Part shown: positions 1-11,861 of the stretch, one piece after another
Position numbering within the stretch: the first letter of the stretch is position 1
Layout: each line of letters opens with the position of its first letter
Origin: Klebsormidium nitens
Lineage: Eukaryota > Plantae > Klebsormidiophyceae
Reading direction: 5' to 3'
Length of the DNA stretch: 64,000 nt
NCBI GenBank assembly: GCA_000708835.1
Contig: DF236974.1
Coordinates: 236,626-300,625 of the forward strand
Notes under the pieces: model-generated
What the model saw: only the letters and a program-made list of their open reading frames with translations
Database searches by the model: none
Told to the model about the DNA's origin: nothing
Program-made: the position numbers and the translations under genes

Positions 1-872
1 TTTCCACACCTGTTTCTGTCGCACGCTGGTTTTCGCCTTAGCTGTCAGAAAACATATGTTTGTACCACCTCTGCATCATGCTCTTTTGCATCCCCTCTGC
101 GCCTAAAACCAAAAATCGAAGATCAGTAAGCAATCTCAAGGGTGCATTGCATTTGTTCCATGTCTTCCCCCAGTGATTATCTTCTATCCTTCTCATCAAC
201 GTCACTAGTGGTGATCATGTCAAAACAAGGCCTTAACTCGTCGCTGTAGCTGTAACTGTGCCATCTTTAATAGCAGGCTTCTTGCTTTGAAGATTGCTTT
301 GTTTAGACACGAGTAGGGTCTTTTCGACCCAGTTCTAGGTGTGGAGCGTCAGCTAAATGAAGAACCACTTTGTTCTTGGCAGACTGTTCGTCGTAAAAGT
401 GGCAGACTGATCACATTAGACCACAATTTGGAAGTCCTGGTCCCTACTGGGGCACAAAGCCCACCTCCTGGTTTTGCACGGCGCCGCTGGTTTTACCTTT
501 ACAGGCTTTCATATACACCTCTACTTTCCAAGGACTGCACTTAAGTACAGCTCTTGCCATCTGCTGTTAATGCGCGCCAAACTATCACGGTTTTCTTGGA
601 GTTGATGATCAAACACCCAGAATTGGAGGCTGTATAGAATGTCGATCTCCATGCATCCACTTTTGAGATTGAAACGGCCAGAACCAGGATTGCCTTGTAG
701 TGATCTTCTGTGATTGAAGTGTTATGCTTTGTCCATCGTACTTTCGTCCATTCTTCTATGTGGCAGTCTCTTGGAACCCATGCATGTGTTTGAAACACTT
801 CTAGTTCTTGCCTCTTTTCTAGACAACAAAGTGGGCGAATCAGGCCCCCCTTGTTCTCTCTCAATCCGCCGG

Positions 873-1235
873 GTCTTGCCAGTAACAGGAACAAAGGACA
901 ACGACATACTGGACACTTTATAGTTGGACGTCACGATTCGACGCATTGCTCAACTGGTCCGCACCCCTGAGATGCCAAGCCATATTTTCCTGACACCGAG
1001 CGTCTGGGAAAGACATTTCCCCCCATATCTTCTTTCTTCTCGCGGATTATTTCGGTGTCAGAACCAATCTCTGACACTGGACAAGTGTAAGAACACCTGC
1101 AGCTGGAAATCTCGATTTCGGCAAACCTCGAACATGCTAGCTCATTAAAAGTCCTGAAACTTTGGCCTCGCAGATTTTGCCTGTGTTGGATGTGGACGAT
1201 GACGACATGGTCTAACACCTGCAGCCGGAGATGCA
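873..1235 (+). repeat. Three decayed tandem copies of the acceptor and start of exon 1284
   Basis: Copies start at about 873, 1046 and 1174. Example: cag|attttgcctgtgttggatgtggacgatgacgacatggtctaacacctgcagccggagat versus the real cag|atcgtcccggtgtccgatatggaggatgacgacatgctggagcacctgcagctggacat. Confidence 0.8.
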
Positions 1236-1283
1236 AATTCTCGACATGCTAAAGTATCGCTTCTTCAATTTCACCCCCTGCAG

Positions 1284-4200
1284 ATCGTCCCGGTGTCCGA
1301 TATGGAGGATGACGACATGCTGGAGCACCTGCAGCTGGACATCCCGAGCTGGGTGCGCAACCCCGACATTCAGAGCGTGCACTGGCTCAACAAGTGCATG
1401 ATCAAGATGTGGCCCCACGTCAACGTCGCCACGCAAAAGTGGTTCATCGACGACTTCTGGCCCAACGAGCTGAAAAAGAACCTGCCGCCAGGTGGGGTGC
1501 TTTTGAACCGCAGGCGTGTTGAAACTTGCCTTCTGCACTGAGTTGGATGATTGCTAACAACAAGTAGTCAGGAAGGTGCGTTCGTCCGTCTGCCAAGTGT
1601 CTGTCTCGTGATCGATATGGCTCGTTCCGGGCAAGTCGGCCTGTATGTGCCTCCGCTTTTTATGGTCGGAAAGCACATTTTAGATTCGAACTTGCGATTA
1701 GAAAGAAATTAAAACTCCCTCCCAATCCTTGATCCTGTCGGTCAAGCATGACTGTGACGTTAGGAAATGTTCTGAGCAACCTTTGGGTCTACTTCGAAGT
1801 CTACCGGATCAATTCTCTCGCTCAATCGCCCTTGACCAGGCCTCCAGTATTCTCGGACGTCCGTTTTGCATACCCTCTCCCTTTCACTCCCTCTTCATCT
1901 CCCTCTAGCCGCCGTCCGGTGCAGGCCTCCAGCCCGTTTGGACGTCCGTTACGTTCGGCGACCTTCCGCCCATCATCGAGGGCATCAAGGTGTTTGAGAT
2001 GGTCGCCGATGAGGTCATCATGGAGCCCATCATCAAGTGGGCCAGCAGCGCCAACCTGCTCGGCACGCTGCGCTTTGGGGCCCGGCGCATACAGTGTCAG
2101 GTGCGGCCGATCTATCCTTAATTTTGCTTTGTTTCAGGGTTCTTCGGCCTTCGCCCAGAGTTCTGGTGCTGCGTTTTCTCCCCTCCCTTGGGGGTCTCGT
2201 GTTTCCTTCTGTTTTGGGTCTCTTTGCTTCCGTTCCTCTTCTTTTGCTCCATAACTTCGGCTTTCACCCAGAGTTCTTGTGCTTCGTTTTTCCTCCCTCA
2301 AGTGTCTCGTTGATTCTTTTGTTTGGGTCTTCTTTGCTTCCTCTCCTTTGCTTCTGCTCGCAGCTCCGTCATCGTGTTTCCCTTGCGTCAAGCAGATCTC
2401 GGAGATCAACCTGTTCGTGAAGGGTCCCGTCACGTTCCGTCCTCTTTCCTCTCACTCTCCCGCATCTCACCGCTTTCCCCCAGATCGTCTCAATGCTGAC
2501 AGAAGAATTTCCCTGATGCAGATCTCGGAAATATATCTTTTCGTCAAGGGCCGCGTCACGTTCCGCCCTCTCGTCGACCACTTCCTCTCAACTCACCGCT
2601 CTCCTCATCTCCCAGGTCGTCTTAAGGGTGCGCGTCGACCGAAAAGCTGCAAAAAGCTTTCCAGATTTCTTAGCCAATCGGATACTTTTCAGATCCACGT
2701 GGTATTCCAAGGTACATACCAGAGGACTAATGTGGTCTGAAAAGTACCGTGCCTCCTACCCGTCGGTACTAAAAAGGCAACACTGGAGGCCAAGTAGGTT
2801 TTCGGTCGACGCGCAACCTAATGCTGACGTACGGATCTTCTTGATTCAGATCTCGGAGATCAACCTGTTCGTCAAAGGCCGCGTCACGTTCCGTCCTCTC
2901 GTGGACCACTTCCCGTGCTTCTCCGCGCTCCAGCTGTCCATCGTGGAAACGCCCCACCTCGACTTCGCCGCCAAGTTGGGCGGCAGCGACCTGCTCGCGC
3001 TGCCGCTCGTGCAGCCCACCGTCGAGCGAATGCTGCAGGTGAGAGTTCTTTCTTTGTATTCTTTATCCTTTCTTCTTTCTTCTTTTTTCTATAACCTTTT
3101 CGGCGACGCTCACAGGGCACACACTGCTGTACTGTCGCCTCTCACCAGGCTGTACTGTGACAACTCACGATCCGGCCCCTCGGCGCTTGGCTCCGACCGC
3201 GGCCGCGCAAGCTCACGTGACCAGAACTCGACAAAGAAACGAGGTCGCAAATGCAAAATCCCGGGATGCTGTGGTGAAAAGTCTCTTTGACGACCGAAGC
3301 TTAGATTATCAATATCTTGCCCGCAGGCATGTTTCTGTGGCCGCGCCACCTGCCAATTACTTTAAGGAAATCTGCAAAACCCCAGATTTGTGGTACATAA
3401 GGACCTTGCTTTTCTCCAGATAAAGAAGGCTCATCTTGCCCGTTGTTTCTTTGCGCAGGGCATGTTACGTGGCATGTTTCTGTGGCCGCGCCACCTGAAC
3501 ATCGGCATTGGGGACGACCATCCCGACTCGCGGCGCCCCGCGGGCACGCTCCAGGTGCGCCTGGTTAAAGCGGAGGGTTTGATTAACAGGGAGCGGTTAT
3601 TCACGGACCCGTTCGTGAAGCTGTACATCAAGGGCGACGACGCGCAGAAGAGCCGCATGCGCTCGCGCACCACGGCGCCCCTCTGGGACGAGTTCTTCTC
3701 GTTCCGGGTGGACGACGAGAAGACGGACGTCCTCACGGTCGAGGTGAGCGTCCGGTAACGGGTCACGGATTACCATGACCCTTTTCTGTAGGCCAGCGTT
3801 TTTGTGTTGGTGAGAACCTCTTTGTGTGGGACGAGTTCTTCTCGTTCCGGGTCGACGATGAGAAGACGGACGTCCTTACGTCGAGGTGAGCGTCCTAGAT
3901 TTTTCGATCTCTGGTTGGGCGACGGGAGAAAAGACGTGCGAATCGGCGATCATGCGTCGAGGATGATATAAAGTTGAGAGAGGATCAAGGGTCCAGCCTA
4001 TGGGCGTTGGGGTTTGAAGGCTGTTGCCTTACATGTCGAATGTTCGAGGCTCCTGGAAATAAGAGGCTGTTGCTCCCTTAAGGAATTCAACACATTTTTT
4101 CGAGTATTGCGTCCACTAGTGCTGCGGAGATGGTGGTCCTTCCAGGGTTGGCAGACGCTTGCATCAAAAGGCAAGGTTCGCTTCTCAGGTTGACAAGCAC

Positions 4201-7200
4201 AACTTATTGCGTTTAAGGATAGCGAATCACCACCTAACCCACTCTGGTAACTCCCATTTCACTTAAGAGCCATTTCACTTAGAATAGGCGCCCGGGAGAC
4301 GGGTACGGTTGGCGTGGTGGTTAGGGTGGGTTCGGGTGCGAAGCGGGTGACTCTGTCGGTTAGACTTCTTAGCTTGTTTGCCCGGGTATCTAAGATGTCA
4401 AGTGAATTGGCTCTTGAGTAAGACGGGAGTTTCCAGTATACCAAACCCAGATAAGCTGGCGCGACCTAGATTTGTGGTTAAGCTAACCCACTTTTGTTGT
4501 TTGCAGGTGACCAACTTTCAGCTGATCGGCAAGAACCTGCTGTTGGGCATCACCAACATCCCGGTTATGTCGCTTAACCCGAACCAACTAACCGAGATCG
4601 AGGCCGCGCTGGACCTGCCTCCCCGGGCCGCCAGCCTGTCCAAGAGCTCGCTAACCAAAATCAACCTTAACCACAATGTTAACCTGCTGGCCAAGTCCGC
4701 GTACGAGGCGACCAAGTCGGCGACGGATCTGCTGCCGACTCTGTTCGAGGATCCGGACAAGCCCAAGAAGAAGGTTTCGGACAAGGACAACGGACACGGC
4801 GTGATTACGCTTGAGGTGAGTTGGCCGCGTACGCAGATAAAAGTTTTCGCCACGTGTCAAGACCATGGTCGCATCAGAAACTTACCCGGGGAAATCCACA
4901 TATTCGATTGAGTGAGCCGCGTTCGGCGGGAGTCATTGCAGATCGAACGCAGCTGCAAATGAGCCATTTGTTGATAATCAAATTCTGTGAGCAGGAGAAG
5001 GAAACAAGCGGGTTGTGTCTTAAACCTCGATGTCTCTTGTCTTATTGGAACTTGTGTTGTTTGGGCAATGACGTCGGATATCGGTCTCGTTTGCCGTTCG
5101 CAGCACCCTCTTATATCGGCCGCACTGCACGGTGGCAGAAATGCCCTTTCTCTTTCTATCTTACGAAGTCAATGCAGACTCGAGAAATCCCACCTCTGTA
5201 TCGACGAGGTGAGCTCGTTTTCATTTTATTGAATCGTCGTCTCTGCTCGCCCGCAGGTGACGTACCCAGCCCTCCCCTTACTTGACCACGAGTTTGCAAA
5301 GATATTTGCATCATAACCGGAGAGGAAGAACGACGATTCTCTCTGTCTTTCCTTCTTGACCGCAGGTTATCTACATTTGCGACTGTAAGTTTCCAGTGTA
5401 AAGGACACAAACGGAGCCCTTTTCTATGAAATTGTGGTTCCAACCCTCATTCCGGTTCCGCCCAGGTGACGTACCTCCCGTTCCGCGACCCCAACGCGCT
5501 CCACTTTAACCGCATCTTCAGTTATCTCAACAAGCCACACTTTTCAAACACGGACGAGACGAGTTTGTTTCCTTCTTCTTCAACTCGTTCCTATCCTGAC
5601 GGCAAGTGACCACCTCCCGACATATAACAAAGCGAAGAAAAGGCATGGAGCCTCACGTCCGTGTTTCAAACCCTCCTTCCGGTTCCGCTCAGGTGACGTA
5701 CCTCCCGTTCCGCGACCCCAACGCGCTCCACTGCGACCCGATGGTCGGCCGCGAGGAGCCTCCCGCCAGCGCCGCCGCCGCCGACGGGAACGGCGACACA
5801 AGCCCCCTCCAAAAGTCTTCCTCCCGCCTCTACAGCTCGCTCTCGGGTCGCCGCACCGAGGACATCCCGCTCGAAGAAAAGGGACCGGGCCTGCTCATCG
5901 TCACCGTGCATCAAGGTACGCTTCTCTCGTCTCCTACGCCTTCGTCTTTTTTCTTCCGCTGTCTCCCTTTTGTTGCATCCGTTTGCTTTTGGCCCGACGG
6001 GTCGCCTGGATTCTAAGGTTTGTTTGATTGTGTGCTCGTCCTAATTGCTCTTCTCGATATCCGAAGCTCAGTACCCGAACGAGGGATGAACTTTCCCTTG
6101 CGGACCTTTCCAGACAAACCTTTGGCTGCCAGCGCTCACTTTTGCTCCCGAAATTCACCTTTCTGGCCTTTCGTAAGCCGTTACTTGGCGGCTCGTGGCG
6201 CAATGGGACGAGCAACCTGTCAAATACTCCCCCTGTCAAGGCCCTGACTTCATCCCTCGAGAAGATTGCCCAGACTTCGCCCCTTGGATCCCCCCTGCAA
6301 CGCTCACTCTCCAACCCCCCCCGCAGGCCATGGAAGCGCGGCACAACAGCACGCGCAACCCGTACTGCAGTCCCCGGGTCTGTCATTCTCCACGAGACTG
6401 TTGTAGCATGTTGTTCTTTCTCCCCTATTACTTGCAAACTTTCAAACCCGTCCGCAGGTTTGGACCTGGAGGCGCGGCACAACGGCACCAGCAACCCGAC
6501 CTGCGGTTTCCTGAGTCCGCGGTATTCCAAAATGACTTTCTGTGTTCGTGCCTTTAATCTCCGTAGCATCAGTTTTCTCCCCCAAAGTATACAAGAACAA
6601 TAAAATGAACATTCTCAAAAACCCTCGCACAGATTTGAACCTGGAGGCGCGGCACAACGGCACGAGCAACCCGTAATGCTGTCCTTGATTTATTCATTCT
6701 CCGCAAGACTGTCGTAGCCTTTTCTTTGAGTTCCAAAGAACACTTGCAGAATCCTAACAACCTTCGCACAGGTTTGGACCTGGAGGCGCGGCACAACGGC
6801 ACGAGCAACCCGTACTGCAAGATCAACGTGCTGGGCGAGTGGATGCACAGCAAGACCGTGGCGCACGACCTCTCCCCGCGCTGGGCCGAGGAGTTCGAGT
6901 TTCTGCTCGACGATGCGCCCATCGACGGCGTGCTGCTGCTCGAGGTGTGGACGCGCTTCACCTACTGGGGCAAGGAGAGCCTCGGCATCGCGCGGATTCC
7001 GCTCGGGGACGTCGTGCGGAACCGGCGGATCCTGGACGTCTACCCGCTCGACGGTGAGGGGTTCAGAGGTGGTTCTGCTTTCTTTGTGGGCTCAGGGTTG
7101 AGAGCGCAAGGAGTTGGCGTTGGCGTTTATCTGATTTGCTGGACTAAGTAGTGCTTTTCTCCACGGCGTTAGCTGCAGTTTTATGTAGCAGGCGAGCTCG

Positions 7201-7660
7201 TTCAGAGAGCAGCCTGCAATTACTGTCGGGATACTGGTGCTCTCGTGGATGCAGAGCTTGTGGCGCCTCACTCTGCTGAAGTGATACATTGAGTCCACCT
7301 TTCTTGATCAGTTTTGTGCATTGTTGTTTGCTCGATACGGTGATCTGTTCGCGATCAGGCCGCGCTGAAGACTCTCATGCCTGCGCAGGCGTAAAGACGG
7401 GGGCGGTAAAACTAGAGATGGAGTGGCACGGGACGCGGCGAATAATCAACCCCATGAGCGAGAAGGAAAAAGAAGGCGAGAAGAACGAGAGTAAAGCGGG
7501 GTACATGGATTGGGTCGGGATAAACACGCACCTAATGAAGCTGCACATATTCGAAAAGAACGCGGGCGATAAAGCGCCATCCCGCCACAAATCGATGTGG
7601 CGGAGCGCCACTCTTGGGAGCGGACTGAAGTCAAGTATGCAAAAGCTGAGCTTGATGTGA
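1284..7660 (+). CDS. Synaptotagmin-like SMP + C2 domain protein (plant SYT / extended-synaptotagmin family); 5' part lies upstream of the window
   Basis: Phase-compatible GT-AG exons 1284-1491, 1925-2100, 2850-3038, 3459-3743, 4507-4815, 5693-5915, 6772-7053, 7389-7660 (stop). Translation gives SMP-like motifs (IPSWVRNPDIQSVHWLNKCMIKMWPHV; FGDLPPIIEGIKV; FSALQLSIVETPHLDF) and C2 motifs (GTLQVRLVKAEGL..DPFVKL..WDEFFSF; GLDLEARHNGTSNPYCKI..PRWAEEFEF). Confidence 0.88.
2143..2345 (+). repeat. Intronic pyrimidine-rich tandem duplication, period about 113 bp
   Basis: ttcggccttcgcccagagttctggtgctgcgtttt (about 2143) versus ttcggctttcacccagagttcttgtgcttcgtttt (about 2256), each followed by a similar gtt(t)tgggtct..ctttgcttcc. 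Confidence 0.75.
2393..2584 (+). repeat. Two copies of the acceptor and start of exon 2850 (ISEINLFVKGRVTFRPL)
   Basis: cag|atctcggagatcaacctgttcgtgaagggtcccgtcacgttccgtcctct at 2396 and cag|atctcggaaatatatcttttcgtcaagggccgcgtcacgttccgccctctcgtcgaccacttc at 2522 match the exon at 2850. Confidence 0.92.
3827..3895 (+). repeat. Copy of the 3' end and donor site of exon 3459-3743
   Basis: About 69 nt near-identical to 3684-3752, including gaggtgagcgtcc; period 143 bp. Confidence 0.92.
4244..4436. repeat. Imperfect inverted repeat (arms about 55 bp), possible MITE-like insertion in a synaptotagmin intron
   Basis: The left arm ctggtaactccc..acttaagagccatttcactt..cccggg (4244-4296) is the reverse complement, with mismatches, of cccggg..aagtgaattggctcttgagt..gggagtttccag (4381-4436). 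No clear target-site duplication. Confidence 0.65.
5254..5505 (+). repeat. Three copies of the acceptor and start of exon 5693 (VTYLPFRDP)
   Basis: cag|gtgacgtacc at 5257, a decayed copy at 5366, and a copy at 5466 with 40 nt identical to the exon start plus a matching intron end (ccctcattccggttccgcccag versus ccctccttccggttccgctcag). Confidence 0.9.
6305..6771 (+). repeat. Tandem array: three copies of the acceptor and start of exon 6772 (GLDLEARHNGTSNP)
   Basis: The ggaggcgcggcacaacggcac..gcaacccg core recurs after CAG at 6327, 6458 and 6633, with the real exon at 6772. Spacers also share cattctcc..agactgt.gtagc. Confidence 0.93.
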
Positions 7661-8677
7661 CAATGTACGATAGAAGAACTCAACTGTGTACAGACGGCCT
7701 ATATGAGCAAACAGCCATGCACAAAAGTGCGAACCGCATGATCCGAAAAGAGAAGAGTTCTGCCCAGGAGAGACGTGTGAACTGATCACATTCAAAAGAT
7801 GCACAAGCCCTAGGGCCGGCAGGCTGGGTGCGCCCTGCACATATGCAGGGTGCTTAGGACAATCTGTGCACAACTCGGCAATTGCCAGTGTTCGTTGCAA
7901 TTCGATGCACGATACCAGCTGGTCCCGCTCAACTTTGCCGTCTTTAAATTGGAGATAATCTCCAGGATACATACGCAACAAATGCCACCTTCCTGAACAT
8001 CCCACGTACCGCACCATATCTTTTTGGATAGCAGGGATTGATCGCGGTGAACGAGGCAGCTACTGCACTGTCTTTCCACTTGATGGTTAAGAGCCTCATG
8101 ACCATGTTGACAGAAGAACTAATGCAGCATACATGTGGATCAGTCCAGGCTACAATGCATAATGGTTGTTGGACCTGGCAATCACGACATTCTACACGAG
8201 GATGGACCACGCTGTTGCAATGTCGAACACCATCCATGCGGCAAAGCTTGGCTATATACCCGCGTGTCTTGCTTTCTCACATCGAATCCATGGTACATTA
8301 AGCCGGCATGGCACTCTGCAGAGCAAGCTCAACACAAAGCGCGGCAACAGCCTTTCATGGTGCAAGGAACTTAATCGGGCAGCGCATACAACATGCATGT
8401 GAGTGATTGTAGTCGAAGCATTGACGTTGTCAACTCTCTTCCGGTGTCTATATAGTGTGTACACAAGGCGCACTGCGTCCCCGCCGCTGGTATCCGTCTA
8501 CCATTTCATACGCGGCGTAAAGGACGATAAGCATCCGCAGGCACCCCCGCAGCGCTCACAATAGGGTCACTTTCCCTGATCTCTAGCGGCGCCCTGACCC
8601 GCAAACCATCCATGCCAGCTGGCACATGGATCAGCCACATCTAACCTCCCTCAACCTCCAAAAACAAGGGTTTCCAA

Positions 8678-11277
8678 TTACACGCGCCCGACGCCCCACA
8701 CGCGGATGTTGCCGTCTGTGTATCCGCTGTAGAGGGTGCTGCCGTCGGCGCTCCAGTTGAGGCTGGTGCAGTACGGGATCTGCGTCTTCTTGCCCATGTT
8801 CGGGAACTCGGGCTTCAGCTCGTCCACGATGCTCTTGCTCTCCAGGTCCCAAATCTTGATGCCGCTCTGCAAAGTAGGATTGCGAGTTGGTGTCAAGTGG
8901 ATTGCCATGTAGAAAGTGGTGCAACAGCCCGTCCTACGGACGATGCCTTACCACCTCACAAGCAGATCTTCGAACCTATGATTCGAATCGGAGGACAAAC
9001 GTGAACAGAACAGCTCTGATGATATCCAGCTCCTCGCAGTCAACCAGCATCAATTATCCCTGGCTATTGTGCGCTAAGCTATTCTCGTATATAACTTCAA
9101 CGATCATGACAGGGTCACACCGGGCCTGAGCAGCTGTCAATGAACCTAGCGTGAAAGAAAAGGGTGTGAGATCAGACGGTAGCGCTGACCTGGGTGGCAG
9201 CGCACAGCCAATAGCGGTTGGGGGAGAAGGTCAGCGAGTGGATGATGTCACCGGCGTCCAGCGAGTACAGCCTCTTGCCCTCCGCCAGGTCCCACAGCAT
9301 GGCCACGCCGTCCTTGCCACCTGGCACGCGGATATAACATGGTGAGTAAGTGCTGACATGAATCCTCAAAAAAACTCATGAACCATGCTTGAAAGTACAA
9401 GGATGAGCGTCCAGCACCGCTGAGTTGGTTCCTTCCCAAACTACCCTGACAACTTCAACCGCAAGGCACGGACGAGCGCCCTCGAACTCTGTAAAATCCT
9501 GTCGTTTGCTCAGCAACCCTGAACTTGGGCTTCATTGATACCAGAACAATCCGAACTGCGGCACTCAATAAGACAGCGCACAAACTCAGCACCCAGTCAG
9601 GCGGGCACCGATGCACTTTCAAACCTGGAGAGAACACAAATTCCTACATCTGAAGAACCAGTTAAGCACCGCCGCAACCTCGGGACCCTCACCTGAGGCG
9701 CACAGCGAGCCGTCGGGGGAGACTGTGACGGTGTTGATGTACCCGGTGTGGCCCACGAGGTTGGTGCGCAGCTTGCAGTTGGTCAGATTCCACACCTTGA
9801 CCATCTTGTCCCATCCTCCCGACACAATGATGGGGTTCGAGGTCACGGGGGAGAAGCGCACGCAGCTCACCCACCCGGTGTGTGCCTCAGAGTCCTGGAT
9901 CGTGTACTTGCACTCGCCGAGGGTGTTCCACAGCTTGATGGTGCGGTCCCTAAAAGGAACAAAAGGACATTTGTGTATAAGTCAGAATGCAGTTCAGTGG
10001 GGTCCGCAATATGCTCAAGAAGGAGCTGCAGGGTAGAGTCCCGAGCAATGTTACCAGCAGTCCTGAAGGATGTTTTGCAGTCCAGCGATAGCAGCACTTA
10101 TTCAGGTAAGCAGTAGACTCTCTTATAAGGCATGCCACAAGCTTCTGCTTCTTTCTTCTGTCCTATGGCTTAGCCATTGTCGCTGAGTGTGCAAGCGCAA
10201 TCTTGATACAGTGCGATGGCGGATTCGATCCTACGAGAGAAAACCTGCTGATTCGCGTTGTTGGCTGCCCCCTTGCACTACGACCTTCAGTTCTAAAGCG
10301 CTTGACTCGCGTCCAAGTCCAACCAGATGATTAATCGCCAATCAAGGCACCAAAAATTTCCCTATGTTTTGAAAAGATTCAAAGGGTTTCAGGTGCGATA
10401 ATGGTGGATGGACATCTAGCTACAATAACGCAGATGGTGATTAGGAATGCATGGAGCACAGAAGCACAAGCACCGGCGCCCATTACCAGAACCTTTCAGT
10501 GACTTGAAAGTGACGAATGCGTCCTCCATTATAATAGAAATTCAAACCTTCAACTGTCTCTTCAGATCAATGTAGACAACCGGGTGGCTCTATAAGTCGG
10601 TGGCTGCACAAACTTGTACCTGCTGAAAGGCTCTACCGCCCACGACAATCATTCAAGCTGCACCCCTACTGACAACAAGAAACAATATCTCTCTAAGCGC
10701 ACCTTGTCCAACCGCATTCCTTCCCGAAGGTCCATCAGTCATGAAGCACCTAAGCTGCTCATTTTGAGCTACAAAAGCTTTGACTCAGTGACAGGCCCTG
10801 AATCGAAGCATTCAGGGCAATCGCCACCAAGAAACCATTACCACCACGACGAGCAGCCGTCCTGACATCAACCGACTTGCCTCCACCTTCCGCCACTGCT
10901 CACCTGGACCCAGACACAATCTGCCTGTTGTCAACCGAGAACGCCACGCTGAGCACGTCCTTGGTGTGCCCCACAAAGCGCCGGGTGGTTGCCCCGGTGT
11001 TCAGGTCCCACAGACGCAGAGTCCCGTCCCACGAGCCAGACAGCGCAAACTGACCGTCAGAGGAGATGACGACATCCTGGACGAAATGACCATGCCCCGT
11101 CAATCGTCTGCGGGGGACGCCATAGTTCGTCTCATCCCTGCTCAGGTTCCACACAATGATCGACTTGTCCCTGGAGGAGGACAGGATCGTGTCGCTGTTG
11201 TCGAGGGGCGTGGCAATCGACGTCACCCAGTCGGAGTGGCCCTTGAGCGTCCCCTTCAGGGTCAGAGTTTCCGCCAT
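8678..11277 (-). CDS. RACK1: Receptor for activated C kinase 1 (G-beta-like WD40 ribosomal protein)
   Basis: Exons 11277-10904, 9949-9693, 9320-9190 and 8866-8678 total 951 nt (316 aa + stop). Sequence [96 protein letters not shown] is unmistakably RACK1. Confidence 0.98.
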
Positions 11278-11861
11278 GGCTGTGCGGCCTCTGGAAGAGG
11301 CGCCAGGAAGCGAGCTCGCGCTGAGCAGCTGCGGGAAAAGGACTGGAGCGGCGGAGGGAGGAGCGTTTTTGCTGGAGGGAAGGATTTCGAAGCTGTTTCG
11401 TCGAAGCGAGACTATGGTGGAGGGACGGGGGTTTGCTTCGATTTCGAAATCAACTTTTGTGTCCTTCCTCCTGCTTCCAGGCTCCTGCATGAGCGTCTGG
11501 AGCCTTAAGTTTCACTGTTTCAGGAGCACAAAGTTTGTCCCCTCTGATTAATAGCTGTCCCCCTGGCGGGTGCGTCTTCGTTGTGCATGAAAGCACCCAG
11601 GGGGCACCGCTTTTGGCAGAGCAAAAGCAACTTCAGCAAAGAAAGCCGTCAAGTGTTGATCCTAAGAAGAAGCTGAGAGCTGGAGCTGAAAGCAATTGCT
11701 GACTGTAGCGTCAGTCGCGGCCTGCTTCGAACCTGCCCCGCCCAATATATCTGATCCATAGGGGGGGTTACAATTTTTGGGCAAAATGCATCCAGCAGTC
11801 CCCAGCACAACTTAGGGATAGAATCCGGGCAGGCCCGCTGAGTCGCATTCAGCTTGAAGAG
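11278..11861. promoter_or_regulatory. Probable bidirectional promoter region for RACK1 and TRAPPC8
   Basis: Head-to-head start codons 585 bp apart; no intervening gene recognised. Confidence 0.6.

Noticed and set aside
1-870. Protein-like minus-strand frame interrupted by many stops (possible decayed transposon in the synaptotagmin intron)
   Set aside because: No diagnostic motif or terminal repeats recognised.
6305-6830. CRISPR-like repeat-spacer appearance
   Set aside because: The repeat is the start of a coding exon plus its splice acceptor, spacers are related to each other and too long, the context is eukaryotic, and there are no cas genes.
7661-8470. Faint LINE zf-RVT-like wording (RQLPV..LCRL) between the convergent synaptotagmin and RACK1 ends
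   Set aside because: Too degenerate, and equally explained as UTR sequence.
10560-10655. Possible C/D snoRNA in RACK1 intron 1 (minus strand ATGATTG...CTGA), prompted by snoRNAs in yeast and vertebrate RACK1 introns
   Set aside because: The C box is degenerate, the terminal stem is weak and I recognise no rRNA complement. It would need snoscan or Infernal.
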